IMG/VR virus record: IMGVR_UViG_3300044846_003573
Source of the DNA: a virus
Taxonomy: Duplodnaviria > Caudoviricetes
Direction: 5' to 3' (one strand)
DNA length: 64,000 nt
The notes below the pieces were generated by a model. That model saw nothing but the letters and a program-made list of their open reading frames with translations, had not been told where the DNA came from and searched no databases. Of this stretch, positions 29,668-40,049 are shown piece by piece (the first letter of the stretch is position 1; every line of letters starts with the position of its first letter). The position numbers and the translations under genes were made by a program.

Positions 29668-30492
29668 ATGGATTATTTAAAAATTTACAATAGTTTAGTT
29701 GAGAAAGGAAAAAACAGAAAACTAACAGGTTACACTGAAACTCATCATATTATTCCTAAATGTGTCGGTGGGACTAACGATAAATGGAATTTAGTTAAAC
29801 TAACGGCGAGAGAACATTTTATATGTCACTTATTATTATGTGAAATTTACCCCGAAAATATGAAATTAAGATTCGCATTATGGAATATGTGTAATGTTAA
29901 AAGAAACTATCAAAATAGATTTAAAGTTAACTCAAGATTATATGATTTAATTAGGAAAGAGTATTCAATAAATGTTTCAGGTGTTAACAATCCTAGATTT
30001 GGTAAAAAATTAACAGATGAACAAAAAAATCAAATCAGTTTGTCAAGGATTGGTAAATATGGAGGTGAAAAAAATTCATTTTACGGTAAAAAACATAGTG
30101 AAAGAACTAAAGAAATATTAAGAAAAAAAAGTTCAGAAAAAAAACATACCGAAGAAGCTAAAGAAAAAATGTCAATCTCACATAAACATAAATTATGGTA
30201 TTTTAATGACAATGGAAAACATTTACGAACATTCCCTGATGACCCAAGAATAATTAATGAAGGGTGGAAAAAAGGTAGAATTGGTGGTAAAGAACTATCA
30301 AGATTGGCGAATGAAAAAAGAAAAGAAAAATACTCAATTATTGAACCCCCAAAACCAAATTCAAAAAAGTGTGTCGTTGATGATTTGACTTTTGACTCAG
30401 CGGTTGAAGCTGCGAAACACTTTAATATCCCAGATAGTACTGTTAGAGACAGAATTAGAAATAAAAACTTCCCAAATTGGAGATGGGTTTGA
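29668..30492 (+). CDS. HNH/NUMOD3 homing endonuclease
   Basis: HHIIPKC.GG..NLVKLTAREHFICH; FYGKKHS, HTEEAKEKMS. Confidence 0.88.
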   Translation: MDYLKIYNSLVEKGKNRKLTGYTETHHIIPKCVGGTNDKWNLVKLTAREHFICHLLLCEIYPENMKLRFALWNMCNVKRNYQNRFKVNSRLYDLIRKEYSINVSGVNNPRFGKKLTDEQKNQISLSRIGKYGGEKNSFYGKKHSERTKEILRKKSSEKKHTEEAKEKMSISHKHKLWYFNDNGKHLRTFPDDPRIINEGWKKGRIGGKELSRLANEKRKEKYSIIEPPKPNSKKCVVDDLTFDSAVEAAKHFNIPDSTVRDRIRNKNFPNWRWV

Positions 30493-30680
30493 CAATTACA
30501 AATATAAAGATTAAGATTAACCTATGACCGCAACGTTAGAACCTGTAACTCATATTAACACATCAGATGTTTTATATGATACAAAAATGAAACATCTATG
30601 TGTTTATCCACAAGGTGTAGAGACCTTTGACGAGGAGTATATTAAAAATAATTGTTTAAAGATTGTAATCACAGAATAAT

Positions 30681-30875
30681 ATGGACAATTTCACACATAT
30701 ATTAAATCGTATTAAAACCCAATTGGATGAAGTTAATTACGATAACGGAGATATGTCTGATATCGGAAATGAGATTGGTATTGTGTTGGGTGATGTTATC
30801 ACAACTGAAAGTGAATTACAAGATTTTATTACAGGAATAAGACACGGAATGTCATTAACAAATGGAACACACTGA
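30681..30875 (+). CDS. hypothetical protein
   Basis: short ORF. Confidence 0.55.
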   Translation: MDNFTHILNRIKTQLDEVNYDNGDMSDIGNEIGIVLGDVITTESELQDFITGIRHGMSLTNGTH

Positions 30876-31329
30876 TGATTTATGGTGTCAGTACTCTGAT
30901 TTACCAAGCGTAATGTCTTACGATATGCCAAAAGAAAAGAAATACCCCGATAATGTTGTATGGAGTGAAGAACGTGGATACTACGCTCACCTGTTACCAT
31001 ACGCAACAAATGTCGGAGCACCTGTCATCATACCTGATAATGTATCAACATGGAAGAACGAAAAGATATTAAAGACAAACCATTACTTCCAAAAGAAATA
31101 TCAAGAAATCAAAGAACAATACGACGAATTACTCAAAGAGTTTGAATGGAATAGTGTTGTCTATGGTTCACATTATAACTTTCAACCAATAATTGGTGAA
31201 ACATATTACCTATATCGTAGACAAGATGGTGAATTATTCTTATCAATTATTAAACCAACAGAATGGAAACAAGAATATGTTGGTGAGTTTGAGTTGGACT
31301 CAGAAAATAAATGGATTAAAAAAGATTAG
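30862..31329 (+). CDS. DUF2452-like protein
   Basis: LPYATNVGAP, NFQPIIGETYYLY, LSIIKPTEW. Confidence 0.65.
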   Translation: MEHTDDLWCQYSDLPSVMSYDMPKEKKYPDNVVWSEERGYYAHLLPYATNVGAPVIIPDNVSTWKNEKILKTNHYFQKKYQEIKEQYDELLKEFEWNSVVYGSHYNFQPIIGETYYLYRRQDGELFLSIIKPTEWKQEYVGEFELDSENKWIKKD

Positions 31330-32196
31330 ATGAAAGGAATTATTTTAGCGGGTGGTTCAGGAACAAGACTACACCCTTTAACTATTTCAGTAACAAAACA
31401 ATTGTTACCAATTTACGATAAGCCGATGATATACTATCCCTTATCAACCCTGATGTCTTTGGGTATTAAAGATATATTAATCATCTGTACACCAAATGAT
31501 AAACATCTATTTGAACAACTATTAGGTGACGGCATTCAGTTTGGTATTAACTTAACATATAGAATACAACCATCACCTGATGGACTAGCACAAGCGTTTA
31601 TTATAGGTGAAGACTTCATCGGTGATGATAGTGTTGCGTTGGTTCTTGGTGATAATATATTCTCAGGATTAGATATTAAGAAGATAAAGAAATCAATTAA
31701 GAACATCTATGGTTCAATGATATTTGCATATCATGTTCATGACCCTGAAAGATATGGCGTAGTTGAGTTTGATGAGGAATGTAATGTAGTAAGTTTGGAT
31801 GAGAAACCAACACTTCCAAAATCAAATTATGCGGTACCAGGCTTATACTTCTACGACAATAATGTGATACAGATTGCCAAGAAGATTAAACCATCTTGGA
31901 GAGGTGAACTTGAGATTACTGATGTGAACCGAGATTATCTTGATAGAAATATGTTAAAGGTTCATATCCTTGAAAGAGGAACTGCATGGTTGGATACAGG
32001 GACATTTGAATCACTTATGCAAGCGTCAAACTATGTTCAGAGTATTGAGGAGAGACAAGGGTTAAAGATTGGATGTATTGAAGAGATTGCTTATCTAAAC
32101 AAGTGGATTAATAAAGGTGAACTTATTTATTTTGCTGAAAAATACCACAAGAACAATTACGGAAAATATCTTAAAGGTTTAATTGATAGAATTTAA
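31330..32196 (+). CDS. rfbA: glucose-1-phosphate thymidylyltransferase
   Basis: [43 protein letters not shown]. Confidence 0.96.
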   Translation: MKGIILAGGSGTRLHPLTISVTKQLLPIYDKPMIYYPLSTLMSLGIKDILIICTPNDKHLFEQLLGDGIQFGINLTYRIQPSPDGLAQAFIIGEDFIGDDSVALVLGDNIFSGLDIKKIKKSIKNIYGSMIFAYHVHDPERYGVVEFDEECNVVSLDEKPTLPKSNYAVPGLYFYDNNVIQIAKKIKPSWRGELEITDVNRDYLDRNMLKVHILERGTAWLDTGTFESLMQASNYVQSIEERQGLKIGCIEEIAYLNKWINKGELIYFAEKYHKNNYGKYLKGLIDRI

Positions 32197-32416
32197 CATT
32201 AACCTTTGACAAAAATAATACTTTATTTTATATTTTAACTATGAGTTTAAACAGTTCTGATTTTATTGAAGAAATAATACATGAAGCATATTCTAAAGAT
32301 ATGTACAAGGAGTTATTTGAACTTGCAAAAAAGTATAGAAATAGTGATGGAATACCATTTTACGATTCTTTTGAAAAAGCGTATTATGAACTCGGAATAC
32401 CTGAAATTGATAAAAT

Positions 32417-33436
32417 ATGATATATAAGTTAGAATACATTTGGTTAGACGGATATACCCCTGAACCAAAATTAAGAAGTAAAACAAAAGTTTTAACATTG
32501 GAAAATGAACCATTATTAGAATCAATTCCGATTTGGAATTTTGATGGCTCATCAACACAACAAGCTGAAGGTAATTTTTCAGATTGTTTATTAAAACCTG
32601 TTAAGATGATTCGAGACCCACAGAGAAAGAATGGTTATTTGGTATTGTGTGAGGTTCTTAACCCTGACATGACACCGCATAGTTCTAATACTCGCTCACA
32701 AATTAAAGACAATATGAATATGTGGGTTGGTTTTGAACAAGAGTATTTCATATATGATGGTGAACTACCATTGGGGCACACCAAAGGTAACATGAAACCA
32801 CAAGGTGAGTATTACTGTGGTATTGGAACTGATAATGTATCAGGACGTAATATCGTTGAACACCATTTAGATGTTTGTCTATCTGCAGGACTTAATCTTA
32901 CAGGTATTAACGCTGAAGTGGCTCTTGGACAATGGGAGTTCCAAGTGATGGGAAAAGGGACATTAGATTCTTGTGACCAATTGATTCTGTGTCGTTATCT
33001 ATTACAAAGAGTTGCTGAAACTTATAATGTTAAAATTGAATACCACCCAAAACCTTTACAGGGTGATTGGAATGGTTCAGGATTACACACGAACTTTTCA
33101 AACAAAAAGATGAGAGAAGTTGGAGGTAAAGAATACTTTGATTCAATCCTCAATGTGTTTGAATTAAATCATTCTAAACATATTGAAAATTACGGTTCAG
33201 ACAATGAATACAGATTAACTGGTAAACATGAAACACAATCTATTGATAAGTTTAGTTATGGTGTGTCAGATAGAGGTTCATCAATAAGAATACCGCAAGT
33301 AACAGTTAATAACGGATGGAAAGGATATGTTGAAGATAGACGACCAGCATCTAATGGTGACCCATATAGAATTATGAAAGTAATATCTGAGTCAGTAAAT
33401 CAGGCGGAAGCCAACTTATCCTTCAATACTATTTAA
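32417..33436 (+). CDS. glnII: glutamine synthetase type II
   Basis: LEYIWLDG, WNFDGSST, GFEQEY, NAEV..GQWEFQ, WNGSGLHTN, RLTGKHET, EDRRPASN. Confidence 0.93.
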   Translation: MIYKLEYIWLDGYTPEPKLRSKTKVLTLENEPLLESIPIWNFDGSSTQQAEGNFSDCLLKPVKMIRDPQRKNGYLVLCEVLNPDMTPHSSNTRSQIKDNMNMWVGFEQEYFIYDGELPLGHTKGNMKPQGEYYCGIGTDNVSGRNIVEHHLDVCLSAGLNLTGINAEVALGQWEFQVMGKGTLDSCDQLILCRYLLQRVAETYNVKIEYHPKPLQGDWNGSGLHTNFSNKKMREVGGKEYFDSILNVFELNHSKHIENYGSDNEYRLTGKHETQSIDKFSYGVSDRGSSIRIPQVTVNNGWKGYVEDRRPASNGDPYRIMKVISESVNQAEANLSFNTI

Positions 33437-33479
33437 TTTACTATATTTTGTTTGGTGGTATATTTATTAAATAAACACT

Positions 33480-34223
33480 ATGATAATTTATTTAACAACT
33501 AATTTAATTAACGGTAAAAAATATGTTGGACTTGATATGAATAATGATAAGAATTATTTAGGGTCAGGTGTTCATATTAAACGTGCAATAAAAAAATATG
33601 GTAAAGAAAATTTCATAAAAGAAATTTTAGAGGTTTGTGATAATAGACAAGAGTTATTATTATGTGAAAAAAAATGGATAGAAAACTTTAAAGCTGTTGA
33701 ATCTAAAGAATTTTATAATGTTCATATCGGTGGTATTGGTGGTGACATTACACAATATATGGATGAATCTAAAATTATTGAATGGAAACAAAATATTAGT
33801 AATGGTAAAAAGGGTAAAACTAAAGGAAAACCATTAACTGAACAAAATAAAAAAGGTATAAGTGAGTCATTGAGAAAATATTATGATAATGGTGGTGTTG
33901 CCCCATTACAAGGTAAAAAAAGAGATGATGAAACTAAAAGAAAAATAAGTGAGTCTAATAAAGGTAAAGAATTTACTAAAGAACATTTAGAAAATTTAAA
34001 AGAATCATTTAAGGGAAGAGATTATAATGGTGAAAAAAATCCATTCTACGGTAAGGGACATATGATTTCAGGTGAAAAAAACCCAATGTACGGTAAAAGT
34101 TTTTATGATGTATGGGTTGAAAAATATGGTAAAGAAGTTGCCGATATAAAGAAAAAAGAATGGTTAGATAAAAAAAGAAAAAAAAATGGAACTGATTACA
34201 ACAACAATAATGAAAAAATCTGA
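33480..34223 (+). CDS. GIY-YIG/NUMOD3 homing endonuclease
   Basis: IIYLTTNLINGKKYVG, YLGSG, NPFYGK/NPMYGK. Confidence 0.88.
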   Translation: MIIYLTTNLINGKKYVGLDMNNDKNYLGSGVHIKRAIKKYGKENFIKEILEVCDNRQELLLCEKKWIENFKAVESKEFYNVHIGGIGGDITQYMDESKIIEWKQNISNGKKGKTKGKPLTEQNKKGISESLRKYYDNGGVAPLQGKKRDDETKRKISESNKGKEFTKEHLENLKESFKGRDYNGEKNPFYGKGHMISGEKNPMYGKSFYDVWVEKYGKEVADIKKKEWLDKKRKKNGTDYNNNNEKI

Positions 34224-34629
34224 TGAGGGTGTTCACGGGAACATTTTCGGAGGAACTTTGATGTCTCTAATTGACGACTCAGCAGCATCTTACGCTGCTC
34301 AGATATGTGACACTTCAAGAATAGTTACAATTAAGATTGATGAGTTATTATTTAAAAGTCCTGTTAAGGTTGGAAGTTTACTAAAAATTTATGGTAAGGT
34401 AGAAAAGTTCGGAACAACATCAATCAAATTATATATTGAGGTAAGAAAACATAACGTCCACACTGGTAAACAAGAAGCGGTTACACAAACATATATAACA
34501 TTTGTAAGGATAGATGGTGATGGTAAAGCAATCCCTATTCATCAATATGTTAAGGACAGATACTACGAAAGATACGAAAAATTTGGTAAGGGATTACTTT
34601 CTTTAGACGAAAAACATAACAATGATTGA
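34210..34629 (+). CDS. hotdog-fold acyl-CoA thioesterase (YciA-like)
   Basis: HGNIFGG.LM..ID, F..PV.VG, G.TS, TFV.ID. Confidence 0.85.
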   Translation: MKKSDEGVHGNIFGGTLMSLIDDSAASYAAQICDTSRIVTIKIDELLFKSPVKVGSLLKIYGKVEKFGTTSIKLYIEVRKHNVHTGKQEAVTQTYITFVRIDGDGKAIPIHQYVKDRYYERYEKFGKGLLSLDEKHNND

Positions 34630-34930
34630 TTTGTTGAAGAAGAATGATTTATTCTTTCTCAAACAAGTTAAAGAAAATATTCTTACTAAATACAATCTTC
34701 CATTTGAATGTTTATCTATTGAATACATGGATGAGATTTATTTCAAGATTCATTTCATTATGAAGAAGATACCGTTTGAAGTTTATTTTCATAGATATGA
34801 AGTTTTAGAAGAGGTTGAAAATGATTTGAAAACCTTTTTAAAGATAATCAATCCTGAAAGACAGATTCATCATTTAAGGGTTTATGTTGACTATAGACCA
34901 CAAAATAAAAACTTATTAAATTTTGTTTGA
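34622..34930 (+). CDS. hypothetical protein
   Basis: ORF in operon. Confidence 0.55.
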   Translation: MIDLLKKNDLFFLKQVKENILTKYNLPFECLSIEYMDEIYFKIHFIMKKIPFEVYFHRYEVLEEVENDLKTFLKIINPERQIHHLRVYVDYRPQNKNLLNFV

Positions 34931-35258
34931 CATGAAGTATGATTACTATGGTTTAAAGTCTAAAATAGACGATTTTTTGGATTTACATGATGAGGAAATT
35001 GTTAAACAAGGTTGGACAATAACATCTAAACCATGTGATGATTGTAAAGATTATGATATTAATTTAAGGTTTAGTGATGTTAAATATTGTTACGAAACAA
35101 CAACAGGTAGTAAAAGTTACAATTTAGATTATCTATTTGTTGAAAAGATAGATAAAAATAAACAGAACAAAACGGTTTATAGTTCAGCTAAAAAGATGGG
35201 TTTAGAGATAAATGATAAAGGTTTAATTTATAATTTAAGCAATGTCAAACTTTCTTGA
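34923..35258 (+). CDS. hypothetical protein
   Basis: ORF in operon. Confidence 0.55.
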   Translation: MFDMKYDYYGLKSKIDDFLDLHDEEIVKQGWTITSKPCDDCKDYDINLRFSDVKYCYETTTGSKSYNLDYLFVEKIDKNKQNKTVYSSAKKMGLEINDKGLIYNLSNVKLS

Positions 35259-36146
35259 ATATTTCACTGCATTGTCTCTATGACTTGATACTCCACCACC
35301 AGCGTTGATATCTGCAAAATATTCAGCGGCTTGTTTCTTTGTTTCAAATTTTGGAAATCCTGACTTTTTACCTTTTGTGAAGAACATAATAGCCACTTGA
35401 GCTGCGGTAAATGGGTTATTAACTTCTTCAGGATTACCAACTAAATCTTTACCGATTAGACCACCATATTTTCTATAGTTCCCCATACCTGTTAACTGAT
35501 TAAATCCTCTACCTCTATATTTGTATCCATCATCGTCGGCAGTTCCATTCTTACCATTACCAACAGTATTGGCGTATATTAAATTATAAAACTTTTTATC
35601 ATCTTGTTTAAGTTGATTTATTTCAGAATCTGAAAGATGAGAAACTCTTTTCCCAAAAAGACTTCTTATTCTACCAACACCTGTATTAGAATAAGATGTT
35701 TCTGATTTTGGTATGTAATTACTTTCTTTACCAATTACGGATAATATACCAATTTGAGCCATTGGGTCTGTAATACCAAAATCATTCATGGCGTCAACCA
35801 ATAAATCAATGTTTCTTGCTTTTTTTCCTGAAAATTTGTGAATTAATTTACCTGAAAAATTATCTTCATTTCCGTATGTTAAATCTTCAAGTTTGGCATC
35901 TTGAAGTTTATCTTTAAGATATTTTTCTTCCTCACCTGTTAAATCTTCTTTATTATTTGTGATGTTATCAATAATTTTACTTACATCTGTTGTACCGAAA
36001 GTGTCTTCCGCGAACTTTTTAACTGCTTGACCAATCTCAGTTTGTTTTAAATAATCAACTGCGTCGTCTAAAAAACCTTCATTTAAATTATATAATTTTC
36101 TGATGTCATTTTTTTCTTGTTCTGAAATAATAAATCTTTTACTCAT
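35235..36146 (-). CDS. GH19 (chitinase/lysozyme-like) muramidase with tagged N-terminus
   Basis: KES, DDGYKYRGRGFNQLTG..NY; N-terminus MSKRFIISEQEK..LNE. Confidence 0.8.
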   Translation of the reverse strand: MSKRFIISEQEKNDIRKLYNLNEGFLDDAVDYLKQTEIGQAVKKFAEDTFGTTDVSKIIDNITNNKEDLTGEEEKYLKDKLQDAKLEDLTYGNEDNFSGKLIHKFSGKKARNIDLLVDAMNDFGITDPMAQIGILSVIGKESNYIPKSETSYSNTGVGRIRSLFGKRVSHLSDSEINQLKQDDKKFYNLIYANTVGNGKNGTADDDGYKYRGRGFNQLTGMGNYRKYGGLIGKDLVGNPEEVNNPFTAAQVAIMFFTKGKKSGFPKFETKKQAAEYFADINAGGGVSSHRDNAVKYSRKFDIA

Positions 36147-36334
36147 CGTATTGTTTTTATAATAAATATTATCTTATATTTGTTTGTAAACAAAACACAT
36201 GATTTTAGTATTATTTTGGGTAGTAATAGCAAGGTTTGTTAGGTTATTAACAACCAAAGAAAAACCAACATTCAAGGAAGAGTTGGGTGATTTTGTTTTT
36301 CATTACCTTTTCGCTTTGGTAATCTACGTTATTC

Positions 36335-36691
36335 TTATCTCAATTTTCTGAGTTCCCTTTTGATTGACTCTTCTATCAAATCGTCTGATTGTTCTATATT
36401 AAGATATATAGTGTCGTATTTGTAATTAAGTGAGTCCATTGCGTTGGAAATAAGATTGGTCAAAAAAGATTTAAGTTTACCCATTCTACCATCTTTAATA
36501 TCAACACTTATATCGGCAAAGACACTTCCAAAAACAATATTACCTCTCATCCATTCCTGTTTAGACGGATAAGCCTCAATACGATTAATCCTAATATTAG
36601 GTAGATTAAAACCTTTATCCTGTTCAAACTTTGATAGGGCTTTAGGTAATATCCTTTCAATATGATTTTTTAAGTGTTCTCCGTATGTCAT
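36335..36691 (-). CDS. hypothetical protein
   Basis: TATTTAT-type motif upstream. Confidence 0.6.
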   Translation of the reverse strand: MTYGEHLKNHIERILPKALSKFEQDKGFNLPNIRINRIEAYPSKQEWMRGNIVFGSVFADISVDIKDGRMGKLKSFLTNLISNAMDSLNYKYDTIYLNIEQSDDLIEESIKRELRKLR

Positions 36692-36730
36692 TTCTAATTA
36701 TATAAATACTTATAGTAAAACAAATATACT

Positions 36731-37327
36731 ATGAGTTACACGAAAGAACAAATTGAAACTGCGGTAAAATCAAAAGGTTATGTATGGTTTGAAGATACTG
36801 CTAATAAAGGTTACGATGTTAACATCGTTGGAATCAGAAACACTGCAACTGGACAAAAGGTTACAAATGCTTTTGATGATTATTTAACTATTTCTTACAA
36901 AGAGAATGGACAATGGAAGTGTCACGTTTGGCCGGCAACAACTGACCCAGGTAAGAAAGGTGTAATGGAATACCACAACAAAGATGGTGTTGCTCGTTTG
37001 GTTGAGGGACAGTATCGTGGTTCACATATCATCAGATTACATCAGGGTAAGTATGAAGCGTTAGGACAAGATAGAGCGGTTAAAGTTTATCGTGATGCCA
37101 ATAAAGATATGACTTATGATGAGAACAAAATCACTGAAGGTGTTTATGGTATTAACATTCACAAAGCAGGTGCTAATTCAACATATGTTGAGAATTGGTC
37201 TGAAGGATGTCAAGTATTCAAGATGTCGGCTGACTTTGAAGAGTTTATGAAGATTTGTCGTAAGTCAAAAGACATTCACGGAAATCGTTTTACATACACA
37301 TTAATTGAAACAAAAGATATTGTATAA
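36731..37327 (+). CDS. YkuD-like (L,D-transpeptidase fold) putative cell-wall enzyme
   Basis: GINIH..WSEGCQV His/SxGC motif. Confidence 0.55.
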   Translation: MSYTKEQIETAVKSKGYVWFEDTANKGYDVNIVGIRNTATGQKVTNAFDDYLTISYKENGQWKCHVWPATTDPGKKGVMEYHNKDGVARLVEGQYRGSHIIRLHQGKYEALGQDRAVKVYRDANKDMTYDENKITEGVYGINIHKAGANSTYVENWSEGCQVFKMSADFEEFMKICRKSKDIHGNRFTYTLIETKDIV

Positions 37328-37368
37328 TAGATTTATCACAATTTAGGTTCATCCAAATATTTATTGGT

Positions 37369-37668
37369 ATGACAAAACTAACAGAACAACTTGGAAAAAT
37401 TAGACAGATGATGGGAGTTATCAGAGAGTCTAAAGATGTGTCAGAACCTTACGATGAGAAGGCTGATACTGATTACAACGACGATGTTCATGGGGATGAT
37501 ATGAAAGACCACCCATCCTTCAAACAGAAGTTTGACTATATTGATGAGTTGGAACAAATCATGGAGAAGTGGACAGATGAATACAAGAGAAGTATTAACT
37601 GTAACGCTCCAAGAGGATTCAGTCAGAGAGCCCATTGTGATGGAAGAGCTAAGAAGAAAAGAAAATAA
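37369..37668 (+). CDS. tagged hypothetical protein
   Basis: MTKLTEQLGKIRQMM..IRE; TATTTAT upstream. Confidence 0.65.
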   Translation: MTKLTEQLGKIRQMMGVIRESKDVSEPYDEKADTDYNDDVHGDDMKDHPSFKQKFDYIDELEQIMEKWTDEYKRSINCNAPRGFSQRAHCDGRAKKKRK

Positions 37669-37674
37669 ACATTA

Positions 37675-37701
37675 AAAAACCCCTAATTCAAGGGGTTTTT
37701 T
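37675..37701. terminator. bidirectional intrinsic terminator
   Basis: AAAAACCCCT..AGGGGTTTTT between convergent genes. Confidence 0.75.
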
Positions 37702-37734
37702 ATTTATTGTTATCGTTTCAGGACGAATACGTTT

Positions 37735-37947
37735 TTATAGACCGTAGACTGATTTGTATTTTGTCCCAAGTAACGACAAACATTTTTCAACTGCTTCTTC
37801 TTTCTGTTTTAAACCTTTAGCCACCAATTTCTTTGAATGGTAAATAACGAATTCTACTGAACCACCTTTTGGACTTGGTAAAGTTTTGTAAATGTCATAG
37901 AAACCTACTTTAGAGGTGTAGATACCTTTTGATGAACCTTTTGCCAT
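37735..37947 (-). CDS. small basic hypothetical protein
   Basis: 70-aa ORF. Confidence 0.6.
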   Translation of the reverse strand: MAKGSSKGIYTSKVGFYDIYKTLPSPKGGSVEFVIYHSKKLVAKGLKQKEEAVEKCLSLLGTKYKSVYGL

Positions 37948-38000
37948 TTTGTTTTATTTTTTATTTGTTTGTATAAGTTTAGTAGTAAAAATTGATATAA

Positions 38001-38318
38001 TCAATTGGGGAATGGTATTTCTAAATTGGCGATGAACTTATAAATTGGTGAACCTAAAAATATAACACCCTTCAATTCGTTATTAAATTGTGATTGTACC
38101 CATTCATTAAACACTTCAATTACCAATGCTTTTGGGACAGAGTGTAAGGTTGAAATTGTTTTAATGAATTCTTTATTACCGTAAGCGTATTTAGTTGAGT
38201 TTACTACACAAATAGGTAATTCCAAAGATGGAACTTTTAAAAAATGGTAACTACCATCATTTAATATTTCAACATTTTGGACTTCAATAAATTTCTTTAT
38301 TTGTTCTTTTATTAACAT
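38001..38318 (-). CDS. hypothetical protein
   Basis: ORF. Confidence 0.55.
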   Translation of the reverse strand: MLIKEQIKKFIEVQNVEILNDGSYHFLKVPSLELPICVVNSTKYAYGNKEFIKTISTLHSVPKALVIEVFNEWVQSQFNNELKGVIFLGSPIYKFIANLEIPFPN

Positions 38319-38435
38319 CCTATAAAAATCATTGATACAACTGCAACCAAGGCAACAAGTGTAAAGATTACGGATTCTATTTTGTCGCTCTTTTTCATTA
38401 CTACAAATGTAATGATAAAAACTTATACTGACAAA

Positions 38436-38954
38436 TTATTTTCTCTTATTTGGTGAAAATTCTTTTATAGTTCCCCAAAGTACATTAACTTCTTGAATTT
38501 CAGAATCGGTAATAATATCACTAACTTCTTTTCCATAGTAATAATCAAAATTACCATCATTTTGTGAAAGTTCTATAATTGGTGTCACAGAATGTTTTGA
38601 ATAACTGGTTATCGTATTTCTATATACCGTTTCAACATATTGAACACGATTTTCAGAAACATCATAAGTATATTCTTTAGGTTCAGGTATTGTTAAATCA
38701 GCAAAAGCTTTATTTGTGGTGATTTTATCAACATTTAATACATAAAGATTAAAAATGAAATCTATATCAATATAATCTAAATTTTTTCTTCCTGTTCCAA
38801 TTACAGAATTAATTGCTGATTCAAAATTTTCCACAACATATGAATGTTCTATATCGTTTAATACAACTTTTTCACCATCAAATGATTTTTTCGCCATATA
38901 CAGAATTGTATATAATAACTTTTGACTTAATGATTCTAAAAATGAGTTATCCAT
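38436..38954 (-). CDS. hypothetical protein
   Basis: ORF. Confidence 0.6.
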   Translation of the reverse strand: MDNSFLESLSQKLLYTILYMAKKSFDGEKVVLNDIEHSYVVENFESAINSVIGTGRKNLDYIDIDFIFNLYVLNVDKITTNKAFADLTIPEPKEYTYDVSENRVQYVETVYRNTITSYSKHSVTPIIELSQNDGNFDYYYGKEVSDIITDSEIQEVNVLWGTIKEFSPNKRK

Positions 38955-39032
38955 GTGATTAAATATATAACATAAATATATAAAATAAAAGTATTTATAT
39001 TATAATGAATTTGAAGGACAAATTCTATAAAT

Positions 39033-39368
39033 TTGAATATGATTTTAACTGATAAAGTATTAAATAAACTTTTCAATTCGGAATATATTAAAAATATATA
39101 TCCGATGATTGATAATATTGATGTTAATGTTGATTGGGATGGTGATGATGCTTTTCCTTTTTATAAACTTCATGTTACTGTTAAGTTAAATGACCCAACG
39201 ATTAATGAATATAACATTTATGAAAAAGGATTTGACCCACATTATCTTTATGATTATCATCTGAAATACCTTCTTAACTTTTTAAATATTAATTTAAACA
39301 CGGCACTTATTGAACAAGTTTTTATTAAAGTGTTAAATCCTGATGGGGAAGAGATAGTCAAATATTAA
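39033..39368 (+). CDS. hypothetical protein
   Basis: ORF. Confidence 0.6.
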   Translation: MNMILTDKVLNKLFNSEYIKNIYPMIDNIDVNVDWDGDDAFPFYKLHVTVKLNDPTINEYNIYEKGFDPHYLYDYHLKYLLNFLNINLNTALIEQVFIKVLNPDGEEIVKY

Positions 39369-39372
39369 TTAT

Positions 39373-39720
39373 ATGAACCTACAAGAACACATAAAAAAAG
39401 TATTAAAAGAGGAGACGGGTGAAAGAACCAAACTTGAAAAGGTTATCACTAATGTTATCAACAGGTCATTAGATGGAAAAGAATTACCTGAAAACTTCCA
39501 TAGTGTTGTTGTTGATGTCTACGGAACAAAATACGGAGATGGTTGTATGATAACTTTATTGATGAAAAGGCCTTATAGTGAAGAAGAATCTGAAATGTTG
39601 TTTGATGTTAGTAGAGATGCTAAAAATTTAATTAAATCGTTCTTCAAAGAACATTTTCTTTATGGTATTAGTATTTCAACATCAACTATAGAAAATTACA
39701 TGAAGATGACAAGTGATTGA
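39373..39720 (+). CDS. MNLQE..LREE-tag family protein
   Basis: MNLQEHIKKVLKEE. Confidence 0.75.
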   Translation: MNLQEHIKKVLKEETGERTKLEKVITNVINRSLDGKELPENFHSVVVDVYGTKYGDGCMITLLMKRPYSEEESEMLFDVSRDAKNLIKSFFKEHFLYGISISTSTIENYMKMTSD

Positions 39721-39731
39721 ATATTAATTAT

Positions 39732-40040
39732 ATGAACTTACAAGAACACATAAGAAGAGTATTAAAAGAGGAAACTGAAAAGTTTGATAAGATAGAACAT
39801 TTTATGAAAACTGCTAATACATTATTCAGCAAACTAAAATTTAAGGCTGTTAAACGTGTTGAGTTTGATTATGACGAAAGGATTGAAGGGTTTATTGTTA
39901 ATGTATTTTATGATAGACAATATGCGATAGATAATCCAAAAAATTTCAATCAAGTAAAACAAAACTTTATTAAAGAAATTGGTTCAATCATTACAAGGTT
40001 TTTCCCATTCAAATTTTATATTTATTTATATGACGACTAA
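39732..40040 (+). CDS. MNLQE..LREE-tag family protein
   Basis: MNLQEHIRRVLKEE. Confidence 0.75.
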   Translation: MNLQEHIRRVLKEETEKFDKIEHFMKTANTLFSKLKFKAVKRVEFDYDERIEGFIVNVFYDRQYAIDNPKNFNQVKQNFIKEIGSIITRFFPFKFYIYLYDD

Positions 40041-40049
40041 TTATATATT

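Noticed and set aside
28793-33436. Group I introns in thyA or glnII
   Set aside because: Both ORFs are intact with expected motifs; the endonucleases are free-standing downstream.
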